Positions 8,145 through 15,997 of a stretch of DNA of 64,000 bases are shown here, one piece after another. Both the position numbers and the translations under genes were made by a program. Each line of letters begins with the position of its first letter. Position 1 is the stretch's first letter. The stretch spans positions 568 through 64,567 of the forward strand of contig JABACC010000013.1 in assembly GCA_014237915.1 (NCBI GenBank), read 5' to 3'. This DNA is from Candidatus Paceibacter sp. GTDB taxonomy: Bacteria > Patescibacteriota > Minisyncoccia > Phycocordibacterales > GCA-2747955. Under the pieces are notes generated by a model that saw only the letters and a program-made list of their open reading frames with translations, ran no database searches and was not told the origin of the DNA.

Positions 8145-9992
8145 ATGAAATCAGACCAAATAAGAAAAAAATATTTAGATTTTTTTGAAAAAAAACAACA
8201 CAAAATAATTCCTTCGTCTTCTCTTGTTCCTCAGGACGATCCCTCTGTTTTGTTTAACACAGCTGGAATGCAACAACTCACCCCGTATCTTTTAGGACAA
8301 AAACATCCAAAAGGAAAAAAATTAGCAAATATTCAAAAATGTTTAAGAACAAACGATATTGAAGAGGTGGGGGACAAATCTCACTTAACTTTTTTTGAAA
8401 TGGTGGGGCACTGGTCTTTGGGAGATTATTTTAAAGAAGAAGAAATTCCTCTAATGTATGAATTTTTAACAAGTAAAGATGGCTTAAATCTTTCTAAAGA
8501 CAGACTTTATTTTACAATTTTTGAAGGTGACAAAAATGCCCCAGAAGATAAAGAAGCTCTTGAGATTTGGAAAAAAATTGTCCCAGAAAACAGAGTTTAT
8601 TCTTTAAATGCTGAAGAAAATTTTTGGTCAGCAGGAGACTCAGGGCCTTGCGGGAGAGATAGCGAATATTTTTACGATACCACAGAAAAAGGTTTGGGAA
8701 ATTTAAGTAAAGAAGAATTTTTAATTCATTGTGAAAAATTAGACATTATAGAAATTTGTAATTCTGTTTTTATGGAATATGAAAAAAAAGATGGAAAAAT
8801 AATTAAAAACTTAAAAGAAAAAAATGTTGATTTTGGGGGCGGATTTGAAAGATGGTGTATTTTAAAGCAAAATGTTGAATCAGTTTATGAAACTGATTTA
8901 TTTAACTATTTTATAAAAATTTTAGAGGAAAATTCTGATAAAAACTATTTAATTCAAAATAAGGCTTATAGAATAATTTGCGATCACATGAGAGCTTCAG
9001 TTTTTTTAATTTCAGATGGAGTTTTACCTTCAAATAAAGATCAGGGTTATATTTTAAGAAAATTATTAAGAAGATCTTTGCTTTATTTGAAAAATATAAA
9101 TTTTAATTTAGAAAAAATGGATGTTTTACTTTTTTCTGTAGTTGATAAATACAAAGAATTTTATCCAAATTTAGAAGAAAAAAAAGATTTAATTTATTCT
9201 GAAATTTCAAAAGAATTTCAGAAATTTGAAAAAACTCTTCATTCAGGAATGAAAAAATTTGAAGAAATAGTTGATGTTACTAAAAAAAATAATAATGTTT
9301 GTAAGATTGATTGGGGTGTTTTCAATACTCTTGATTGCTGTAACGAAGTTTGCGGAAAAGACGCATACGATCTTTTTACTGTTTACGGTCTTCCTTTGGA
9401 AATTATAAAAGATGAGGCCCATAGGAGAGGAGTAGGAGTTGATGAAAAGAATTTTAACAAATTAATTGAAATTCATAAAGAAAGTTCAAGAATTTCTTCT
9501 GATGTAAAATTTAAAGGAGGTCTTGGGGGAGATTCTCCAAAAATTAGAGCTTTTCACACAACAACACACTTACTTTTAGCAGGTTTAAGAAAAATTTTAG
9601 GAGAACATGTGCATCAAGCTGGATCAAATATTACTGAAGAAAGGTCAAGGTTTGATTTTACTCACGATGAAAAAGTTCAAAGAGAGGTTTTGGACGAAGT
9701 GGAAAATTATGTAAATTCTGCAATAGAAAATAATATTAAAATTTACTCTGAGGTGATGGAAAAAGAAGAAGCAAAAAAACAAGGAGTAGAAGGATCTTTT
9801 TGGGAAAAATATCCAGACAAAGTTAGTGTTTATGTGATGAAAGACGATCTTGGAAATATTTATTCTCGTGAGCTTTGTGGGGGGCCGCACGTTGAAAATT
9901 CTGCAGAAATTTCGCAATTTGGGAAGTTTAAAATAAAAAAAGAAGAATCATCTTCAGCTGGAGTAAGAAGAGTTAAATGCATTTTTGTGTAA
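8145..9992 (+). CDS. alaS: Alanyl-tRNA synthetase, short form (catalytic, tRNA-recognition and editing domains; C-Ala domain absent)
   Basis: Conserved AlaRS segments: PSSSLVPQDDPSVLFNTAGMQQ, EMVGHWSLGDYFKEE. Editing-domain motifs HTTTHLLLAGLRKILGEHVHQAGS and CGGPHVEN present. Only 615 aa. Confidence 0.9.
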   Translation: MKSDQIRKKYLDFFEKKQHKIIPSSSLVPQDDPSVLFNTAGMQQLTPYLLGQKHPKGKKLANIQKCLRTNDIEEVGDKSHLTFFEMVGHWSLGDYFKEEEIPLMYEFLTSKDGLNLSKDRLYFTIFEGDKNAPEDKEALEIWKKIVPENRVYSLNAEENFWSAGDSGPCGRDSEYFYDTTEKGLGNLSKEEFLIHCEKLDIIEICNSVFMEYEKKDGKIIKNLKEKNVDFGGGFERWCILKQNVESVYETDLFNYFIKILEENSDKNYLIQNKAYRIICDHMRASVFLISDGVLPSNKDQGYILRKLLRRSLLYLKNINFNLEKMDVLLFSVVDKYKEFYPNLEEKKDLIYSEISKEFQKFEKTLHSGMKKFEEIVDVTKKNNNVCKIDWGVFNTLDCCNEVCGKDAYDLFTVYGLPLEIIKDEAHRRGVGVDEKNFNKLIEIHKESSRISSDVKFKGGLGGDSPKIRAFHTTTHLLLAGLRKILGEHVHQAGSNITEERSRFDFTHDEKVQREVLDEVENYVNSAIENNIKIYSEVMEKEEAKKQGVEGSFWEKYPDKVSVYVMKDDLGNIYSRELCGGPHVENSAEISQFGKFKIKKEESSSAGVRRVKCIFV

Positions 9993-10007
9993 TTTTTTTT
10001 AATTTTT

Positions 10008-10016
10008 TGTTAAAAT
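10008..10016 (+). promoter_or_regulatory. Extended -10 box TGTTAAAAT, 8 nt upstream of the frr ATG
   Basis: Sequence tttgttaaaat, then aggtttat, then ATG. Confidence 0.45.
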
Positions 10017-10024
10017 AGGTTTAT

Positions 10025-10573
10025 ATGAATAATATAGATGAATTTAAAAATAAATTAAAAGAAACTGAAATTTTTTTAGCCAATGAGTTTAAAACAATTT
10101 CAACAGGGCTTGCAAGCCCACAGATTTTAGATGGAATAAAAGTTGAAGCTTATGGAGTTTTAACACCGCTTTCTCAACTTTCCTCAATATCTTCAGAAGG
10201 CCCAAAAAGCCTCTTTATTACACCATTTGATAAAAGTATTTCTAAAGATATTGAAAAAGTTTTATATGATTCTGATCTTGGTTTTTCTGTTAGCCCGAAT
10301 GACTCTGGAATTAGACTTTCATTTCCAGATTTAACAGCCGAAAGAAGAGAAATTTTAAAAAAATTAGCTCACTCAAAACACGAGGAAGCAAAGGTAAGAG
10401 TTAAAAAAGCTCGTGAAGATTATTGGAGTTTTTTACAAGAAAATCAAAAAAATGGGGAAATTTCAGAAGATGAAAAATTTTCTCAAAAAGAAAAAATGGA
10501 GGAAGAGGTAAAAAAAATAAATGATAATCTTTTAGAAAATTTAAAAAATAAAGAATCACAAATAGAAGATTAA
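10025..10573 (+). CDS. frr: Ribosome recycling factor
   Basis: RRF signatures: KVEAYGVLTPLSQLSSIS, LFITPFDKS, DSDLGFSVSPNDSGIRLSFPDLTAERREILKK. Confidence 0.9.
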   Translation: MNNIDEFKNKLKETEIFLANEFKTISTGLASPQILDGIKVEAYGVLTPLSQLSSISSEGPKSLFITPFDKSISKDIEKVLYDSDLGFSVSPNDSGIRLSFPDLTAERREILKKLAHSKHEEAKVRVKKAREDYWSFLQENQKNGEISEDEKFSQKEKMEEEVKKINDNLLENLKNKESQIED

Positions 10574-10599
10574 ATCAAAAATATTAAAATTAAAAAATT

Positions 10600-11868
10600 A
10601 TGATGAAAAATGTATTTAATAAAAAATTAGAACAAATTGGTTTTATGTGGCCAGTTTATTCTTTGCAACATATTTTAACAATGGTGGGAGCTACAATTGT
10701 TGCTCCAATGATTGTCTCAGGACTTTTAGGACTTTCATTACAGCAAGCTATTTCTTTAACAAGTTTTGTTCTTTTGGGAATGGGTGTCGCTACGATACTC
10801 CAGGCTTATTTTGGAGTAAAGATGCCAATTATTCAAGGAAGCTCATTTGTTTATATTCCAGCTATTTTGTATATTTCAAATCTTTCTCAAGGATCGGAAG
10901 CTTTACAATATTTATTTTTTGGAATTATAATCGCTGCTTTAGTTCAAATTTTTATCGGAATTACAGGAATTGCTGGTTTTTTTTCAGAAAAATTAACAAA
11001 AATTGTTTTAGGGCCAACAATTTTTATGATAGGAATTTCACTTTTTTCAGTGGCCTCTGATGGAATTTCTAATAATATTTCAGTAGGAGTTATTACGATT
11101 TTGTTAATATTATTTTTAACTTTTTTTATCAAAAAAACTGAATGGCTGAAATCTTCTTCAATTATTTTATCGATGATTATAATGGTTGTTTTAATTTCTC
11201 TGGGAGTTTTTGGAGAAGGAGTAGAAATTATATGGCCAGAGTATTTAGGATTGTCACTGCCAGCATTAATTCCTTGGGGTATGCCGATTTTTAATTTAGA
11301 CGTAGCCTTACTTTTTGCTCTTGCTGCCATTATTTCTTCAGTTGAATCGATAGGGGATTATACTGCTGTTTCTTCAATTTCAAAATCTAAAAAACTTGGA
11401 AAAAAAGAAGTTTCAAGGGGAATAACCTTTGAAGGTTTAGGAAGTTTAATTTCAGGTTTTCTAGGAGGATTGCCCACAACTTCTTATAGTGAAAATGTAG
11501 GTGTTGTTGGAATTACAAAACAATATTCAAGATTTTTAGTTGCAGCTTCTGGGGTAATTTTAATTTTTTTAAGTATTTTAGGAGTAGCTAATTTTTTGGT
11601 AGCAGTTGACCAATCTGTTATGGCAGGAGTTTATTTTGTCGTTTTCGGGGTCATTACTGGAATCGGACTTAAACAAATTTCTAACGTAAACTTAGAAAGT
11701 ATGAGGAATTTAACAATCATAGGTATTGCAATTTTTTCTGGCTTTGCTATTCCTGCTTTGTTTACTGAACCTGATGGCTCAGTTTTGTCTGCTATTTTTC
11801 AGTCAGGAATGGTGGTTACTTTTTTAGTAGCACTCATTTTAGATTTATTAATCTCAAAAGAAGATTAA
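10600..11868 (+). CDS. NCS2-family nucleobase (xanthine/uracil) permease
   Basis: 12-TM profile. LQHILTMVGATIVAPMIV motif. Family-typical length of 422 aa. Confidence 0.7.
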   Translation: MMKNVFNKKLEQIGFMWPVYSLQHILTMVGATIVAPMIVSGLLGLSLQQAISLTSFVLLGMGVATILQAYFGVKMPIIQGSSFVYIPAILYISNLSQGSEALQYLFFGIIIAALVQIFIGITGIAGFFSEKLTKIVLGPTIFMIGISLFSVASDGISNNISVGVITILLILFLTFFIKKTEWLKSSSIILSMIIMVVLISLGVFGEGVEIIWPEYLGLSLPALIPWGMPIFNLDVALLFALAAIISSVESIGDYTAVSSISKSKKLGKKEVSRGITFEGLGSLISGFLGGLPTTSYSENVGVVGITKQYSRFLVAASGVILIFLSILGVANFLVAVDQSVMAGVYFVVFGVITGIGLKQISNVNLESMRNLTIIGIAIFSGFAIPALFTEPDGSVLSAIFQSGMVVTFLVALILDLLISKED

Positions 11869-11888
11869 TATAATTTTTTAAACAAAAA

Positions 11889-11927
11889 TAAAACGCCTTT
11901 TTAAAAAAGGCGTTTTATTTTTTTGTT
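11889..11927. terminator. Bidirectional terminator hairpin AAAACGCCTTTTT-AAAAAAGGCGTTTT followed by a T-run
   Basis: Lies between convergent genes. Confidence 0.65.
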
Positions 11928-11934
11928 TAATTTT

Positions 11935-12117
11935 TTATTTTTTACTAAATAAAATAAATCTTACTCCAACATAAATCATAACAACAACTGTTATTCCATC
12001 AACAATTTTCCAGAATTTTAGAGTTTCAACTTGGTAAACAAATTGTGAAATAAAAATAAATAAACCCCAAAGCCAAAAAACAACGGCTGAGATTTTATAT
12101 CTTAAACTTTTATTCAT
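11935..12117 (-). CDS. Small 2-TM membrane protein (hypothetical)
   Basis: 60 aa with two hydrophobic helices. Co-oriented with the upstream membrane protein and the dehalogenase. Confidence 0.35.
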   Translation of the reverse strand: MNKSLRYKISAVVFWLWGLFIFISQFVYQVETLKFWKIVDGITVVVMIYVGVRFILFSKK

Positions 12118-12182
12118 GATATTTTTTAATTAATTTTTAATAATTCTTTTAAAGATTAAATTTATTATAACTTATTTTTTAG

Positions 12183-12623
12183 TTATTTTTTTTTAATAAA
12201 TTTTGTTATATAAGTTAAACAAATTCCCATTGGAATTAAAAATAAAACCATCGCTAAAAGAAAGTTAAAGGGAAAATAAATTCCCGGAACAATACTTTCT
12301 ACAAAAGGAATGTAGTAGCCATAAAGAGCTAATAAAACCACATCTAAAATTGCAATAATGAAAAAAATTGAATAACATGCAAATAAGACTATTGGATTTT
12401 TTTTGATTACTCCATAGATCATTACAATTCCAAAAGCAATATGCCTTGCAGCAAGAAAATGAATTGGAAAAATTGCTGAAGCTACCGAGTGAGGGAAAAC
12501 AAAAAGGGGAGCCAAAAGAGCAAAAATCCCGAAAACAAAAACATTTGAAAATATAACAAACCAGTTTATTATCTCAAACCATAAAGGGAATTTTATATTT
12601 TCTTTTTTTAATATATTTAACAT
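12183..12623 (-). CDS. Integral membrane protein with 4 TM helices (hypothetical)
   Basis: Hydrophobic helices throughout. No recognisable motif. Confidence 0.5.
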   Translation of the reverse strand: MLNILKKENIKFPLWFEIINWFVIFSNVFVFGIFALLAPLFVFPHSVASAIFPIHFLAARHIAFGIVMIYGVIKKNPIVLFACYSIFFIIAILDVVLLALYGYYIPFVESIVPGIYFPFNFLLAMVLFLIPMGICLTYITKFIKKK

Positions 12624-12651
12624 AATTTTTTAATTTAAATTTTTAATAAAA

Positions 12652-13542
12652 TTAATTTTCATTAATTTTTCTATACCAAGAAGAAATTGATTCTCCGATT
12701 TTGTCTGGTTGATCTTCTTGCACAAAATGAAGACCTTCTCCAATTTTTACAATTTCTAAATTCGGAAGTTTTTTAATTTTTTGCAACTCTTCTTCGGTAT
12801 CTGGAATAACCATTCCCGGAGTGGCGTTTAGAAAAAGTTTTGGAATATTTGTTTCTTGAAGCCATTTTTCCCAAGCAGACATTGCGTCGTGAACATCTTT
12901 TGGTTTTTCATCAAATGGAATATTTCGAGCCCAAACCATAAGAGGTTTTCTGCTTTTTATAGTTTTGTAAGGCTCTGCATAAATTTCTTTTTCTTTTTCA
13001 GTTAATTTTCTTGAAATTGCTTTTGGTAAAATATTTTTTACAAACATATTAAAAACACAAATCATAACCCAACCGATAAAAGGAGTTCTAATCATTTTGA
13101 AAGGTAAAATCATACCTTTTGGCATTTCAGAAAAAGCTCTAATTCTGTAGACTGATTCCATAAAGGCAATTCCTTTAACATTTTCTGGATGGTTTTTTGC
13201 ATAGTGAAACCCAATAGCTGAGCCCCAATCGTGAATAACTAAAGTAATATTTTTTAAACCTTTTTCTTCTATGAATTTTTCAACATAATCGTAAGATTCA
13301 AAAAAACCATAATTTATGTCTGGTTTATCTGATTTCCCCATTCCAATTAAATCAGGAGCAATACATTTTCCTTGATTTTTTAAATAAGGGATAATATTTC
13401 TCCATAAATACGAAGAAGTCGGGTTTCCGTGTAAAAATAAAATCGGATCACCCTCACCCTCTTCTATATAATGAATTTTACTTCCATTTATTTGAACGAA
13501 CTTTGACTCAAATGGAAAATCTGTGTTAATTTCTTTTGTCAT
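12652..13542 (-). CDS. Haloalkane dehalogenase, HLD-II subfamily (DhaA/LinB/Renilla-luciferase-like alpha/beta hydrolase)
   Basis: FLHGNPTSSYLWRNIIPYL motif. Nucleophile elbow IHDWGSAIGFHYA (Asp + halide-binding Trp). FMESV catalytic Glu. C-terminal GLHFVQEDQPDKIG with catalytic His. Confidence 0.85.
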   Translation of the reverse strand: MTKEINTDFPFESKFVQINGSKIHYIEEGEGDPILFLHGNPTSSYLWRNIIPYLKNQGKCIAPDLIGMGKSDKPDINYGFFESYDYVEKFIEEKGLKNITLVIHDWGSAIGFHYAKNHPENVKGIAFMESVYRIRAFSEMPKGMILPFKMIRTPFIGWVMICVFNMFVKNILPKAISRKLTEKEKEIYAEPYKTIKSRKPLMVWARNIPFDEKPKDVHDAMSAWEKWLQETNIPKLFLNATPGMVIPDTEEELQKIKKLPNLEIVKIGEGLHFVQEDQPDKIGESISSWYRKINEN

Positions 13543-13625
13543 TTTTTAATTTAATTATGATAATAATATTAATCTTAGCACAGGCTATATTTTTTTGGAA
13601 AATTTTATTTAAAACAAAAATAAGT

Positions 13626-13631
13626 ATATAA
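13626..13631 (+). promoter_or_regulatory. TATAAT -10 box, 6 nt upstream of the mini-ORF ATG at 13638
   Basis: Sequence aagtatataat, then taggtt, then ATG. Same spacing as the other leaderless genes here. Confidence 0.35.
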
Positions 13632-13637
13632 TTAGGT

Positions 13638-13808
13638 TATGAAAAAACTTATTGGAAAAATTTTAATAAAAAATAATTCTGGAAAGAAAATAAACTTAAA
13701 AATTGTTAAAAAATACGATAAAGTTTTTGTGAATCTAAAAAAACATGATACAGGAGAGAAAAAAATTTCAACCGACAGAATCAGAAAATATTTTAAATCT
13801 ATACAATA
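13638..13808 (+). CDS. 56-aa basic mini-ORF overlapping the Doc start. Candidate Phd-like antitoxin or regulatory upstream ORF.
   Basis: ATG at 13638, stop at 13806-13808. Translation: MKKLIGKILIKNNSGKKINLKIVKKYDKVFVNLKKHDTGEKKISTDRIRKYFKSIQ. Below the ORF-track size cutoff. Properly spaced -10 upstream. Confidence 0.3.
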
Positions 13809-14182
13809 GTTTAGTTTCAGAAGGGCACATAGATTTTCCAATAACTGAAAAAGCTCAGAAAAACGTTGATGCACTTTGTTATAGTGTAAATAATTCTCAT
13901 TTTGGTAAAGAAATTTATGCTTCGCCTGAAGAAAAATCAGTGGCTTATATGTATTTTATTATCAAAGACCATCCTTTTACAGACGGAAATAAAAGAACTT
14001 CAGTGGCTACTTTTTTAAGATCTTGTGAAATAAATAATTTGCCTTTAAGATTTTTTGAAATTAAAGAGGAAATAATGTGGGAGCTTTTGTCGGAGCTAAC
14101 AATTTTTATTGAAGAGGAGAAAACAGAAAAACATCAAGAGGCTATAAAATTTTTAGTTTCAAAACTTTTTAAAAATGAATAA
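13745..14182 (+). CDS. Doc (death-on-curing) / Fic-fold toxin family protein
   Basis: KDHPFTDGNKRTSVATFL matches the Doc motif HxFx(D/N)GNKR. Size 145 aa. Its stop overlaps the rnhB start by 8 nt. Confidence 0.7.
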   Translation: MIQERKKFQPTESENILNLYNSLVSEGHIDFPITEKAQKNVDALCYSVNNSHFGKEIYASPEEKSVAYMYFIIKDHPFTDGNKRTSVATFLRSCEINNLPLRFFEIKEEIMWELLSELTIFIEEEKTEKHQEAIKFLVSKLFKNE

Positions 14183-14798
14183 AAATTTTATTGTAGGAAT
14201 AGACGAAGTTGGAAGAGGGCCACTTGCGGGGCCAATGTATATTTGCGTTTTTGGATATTTTGAAAATGAGGAAAAAAATTTGAAAAAAATTTTAGAAAAC
14301 ATTGATGATTCGAAAAAAATTTCAGAAAAAAAGAGGGAGGTTTTTTTTGAAAAAATTTCAGAATTAAAAAAAGAAAAAAAAGTTTTTGCAGAAATTTTTT
14401 CTTGTAGCGCTTTAGAAATTGATAAATTTGGTCTTTCTAAGTGTTTGAAAAAAATGATAGAAAAAGGTTTAGAAAAAATTTTAAAAGATGCGGATTTGCC
14501 TTCGGCAAATCCGCCCCAAAACTTCCAAATTTTTCTCGATGGATCTTTAAAAGCTCCAGAAAAATATCAAAACCAAAAAACAATAATCGGAGGAGACGGG
14601 AAAATTTTTTCAATTTCTTGCGCTTCGGTGACAGCAAAAGTAAAAAGAGACGAATATATGAAAAAAATCACTAAAAATTTTCCCGAATATAAATTCGAAA
14701 AAAATAAAGGTTACGGCACAAAAGAGCACAGAAAAGCAATTGCAAAAATCGGAATTTCAAAAATCCACCGCAAAACTTTTTGTAAGAAGTTTGTTTAA
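14175..14798 (+). CDS. rnhB: Ribonuclease HII
   Basis: FIVGIDEVGRGPLAGPMYICVF catalytic N-terminus. LDGS and KGYGTKEHRKAI motifs. Confidence 0.9.
   Translation: MNKNFIVGIDEVGRGPLAGPMYICVFGYFENEEKNLKKILENIDDSKKISEKKREVFFEKISELKKEKKVFAEIFSCSALEIDKFGLSKCLKKMIEKGLEKILKDADLPSANPPQNFQIFLDGSLKAPEKYQNQKTIIGGDGKIFSISCASVTAKVKRDEYMKKITKNFPEYKFEKNKGYGTKEHRKAIAKIGISKIHRKTFCKKFV
14490..14514 (+). repeat. Hairpin repeat GCGGATTTGCC-TTC-GGCAAATCCGC embedded in-frame within rnhB (encodes DADLPSANP)
   Basis: Same stems as the 7551..7575 terminator. Located in a variable loop of RNase HII. Confidence 0.6.
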
Positions 14799-14837
14799 AA
14801 AATAATTTTTTGTGAATTTAAATATTAACGGATTTTG

Positions 14838-14862
14838 CTTCGCAAAATCCTCACACAAATTA
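14838..14862. repeat. Hairpin repeat CGGATTTTGC-TTC-GCAAAATCC (inverted variant of the GGCGGATTTTGCGAAGCAAAATCCGCC family)
   Basis: Stem shared with the 17431 and 55230 copies. Loop is reverse-complemented. Confidence 0.55.
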
Positions 14863-14960
14863 TTTCCTATGAAATCTTCTCGCTGAAGAACCAATAAGCC
14901 AAAATAAAACTATTAATAATATTTTTGGAAGAGACAACCACCTCTTCATAAATTAAAAAC

Positions 14961-15626
14961 TTAAGGAAATACTTTAAGTAATTTTTCGGAATACATCAAA
15001 TAAATATTACCATTAAATTTTGAATTATTTTTTAAAATTGAATTAATTTCTTCTTGTATTTCCTTTTTTTTGATATTTTTATTTTCTAAATATTCCAAGA
15101 CAACTACAATATTTAAGTTTCCTATGTGTTTATATTTTTCCACAATTTTTTTAAGAGAATTTTCTAAAGTATTATTTTTATTATATTCTTCAGTATATCT
15201 TTTGATTTGATAATTTTCTTCTTTTTCTGTTTCATTATTACGGAGAATAAAATCAATAGGAGATGACTCTTTTATATTTTCTTTTAGTGTTTCTAGATCG
15301 AAATCATGAGCGTTTATTTTTTTGTTAAGGCTAAGTGAATCATTAAATATAAATCCCACATCGAATCCTTCAAAGAAATCATTTAAAATAAAATGAATAT
15401 TAATAAATTCTATAAATTCTTTTTCGTTACTTTTTAAAAATTTTATAGAACTATTAATTTCCCTTATATATTCTTCATTTTTCCATTTTTTGTCATCCTC
15501 AGATTTTTTTTTGATTATTTTGCCGAACCCGTCATCTTTTATTTTGTTTATAAAAGCACAGTATTCCTTAGAAGAGAAAAAAAATTTATTTTCTATTTTT
15601 ATTTCTGGCTTTATTTTTTCTGACAT
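14961..15626 (-). CDS. Hypothetical protein, 221 aa, Lys/Glu/Asn-rich, no recognisable domain
   Basis: Long ORF with coding-like composition. No known motif found. Confidence 0.55.
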   Translation of the reverse strand: MSEKIKPEIKIENKFFFSSKEYCAFINKIKDDGFGKIIKKKSEDDKKWKNEEYIREINSSIKFLKSNEKEFIEFINIHFILNDFFEGFDVGFIFNDSLSLNKKINAHDFDLETLKENIKESSPIDFILRNNETEKEENYQIKRYTEEYNKNNTLENSLKKIVEKYKHIGNLNIVVVLEYLENKNIKKKEIQEEINSILKNNSKFNGNIYLMYSEKLLKVFP

Positions 15627-15704
15627 TTTTTGATTATAACATTTAGGGTGAAAAATTGCTCCGCAATTTTTCTTTTCATTTCAACCTTAACTTCAATTTT
15701 TTTT

Positions 15705-15895
15705 AATAAAAAAAACACCCCGATGTGCTTAATGCACATCGGGGCTAGAGATAGGTGGGGGAGCGAGATCAAGTGCACGAAGCTTAATCTACTATTGTTT
15801 TAAAAAAAATATCTTTGCTTAGGAGAAGCAAATAATTTAATTTAAAGTAGCTCGACCAACTCAACCTATCTCGGGAAGAGGAACACTATATTGAA
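15705..15895 (-). ncRNA. Candidate structured small RNA (rod-like, 6S-RNA-like architecture) with an intrinsic terminator
   Basis: GC-rich island in a 370-bp AT-rich spacer. On the minus strand, a long imperfect hairpin pairs GAGAUAGGU with ACCUAUCUC and GCUACU with AGUAG, with a central AU-rich bubble and an apical UUGCUUCUCCUAAGCAA hairpin. A 3' perfect 11-bp stem CCCCGATGTGC/GCACATCGGGG is followed by UGUUUUUUUU. A possible -35/-10 (TTGCTT..TATAAA) lies near 15900-15935. Confidence 0.4.
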
Positions 15896-15997
15896 TTTTA
15901 TACTTTTTTTAAAAAAAAGCAAGTTTTTTTTAAAATATTTTTAAAATTTTAATTTTTGTAAGTTTTTAAAAATTTCAAATATGTTAAAATTCTTTTT

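Noticed and set aside
10647-11330. ORFs 10647..11060(+) and 10944..11330(-) inside the permease gene
   Set aside because: Alternative-frame and antisense shadows of a well-supported 12-TM permease. Translations are low-complexity.
13632-13874. 80-aa minus-strand ORF overlapping the Doc start region
   Set aside because: Phe/Leu-rich junk translation antisense to the Doc and mini-ORF frames. No promoter context.
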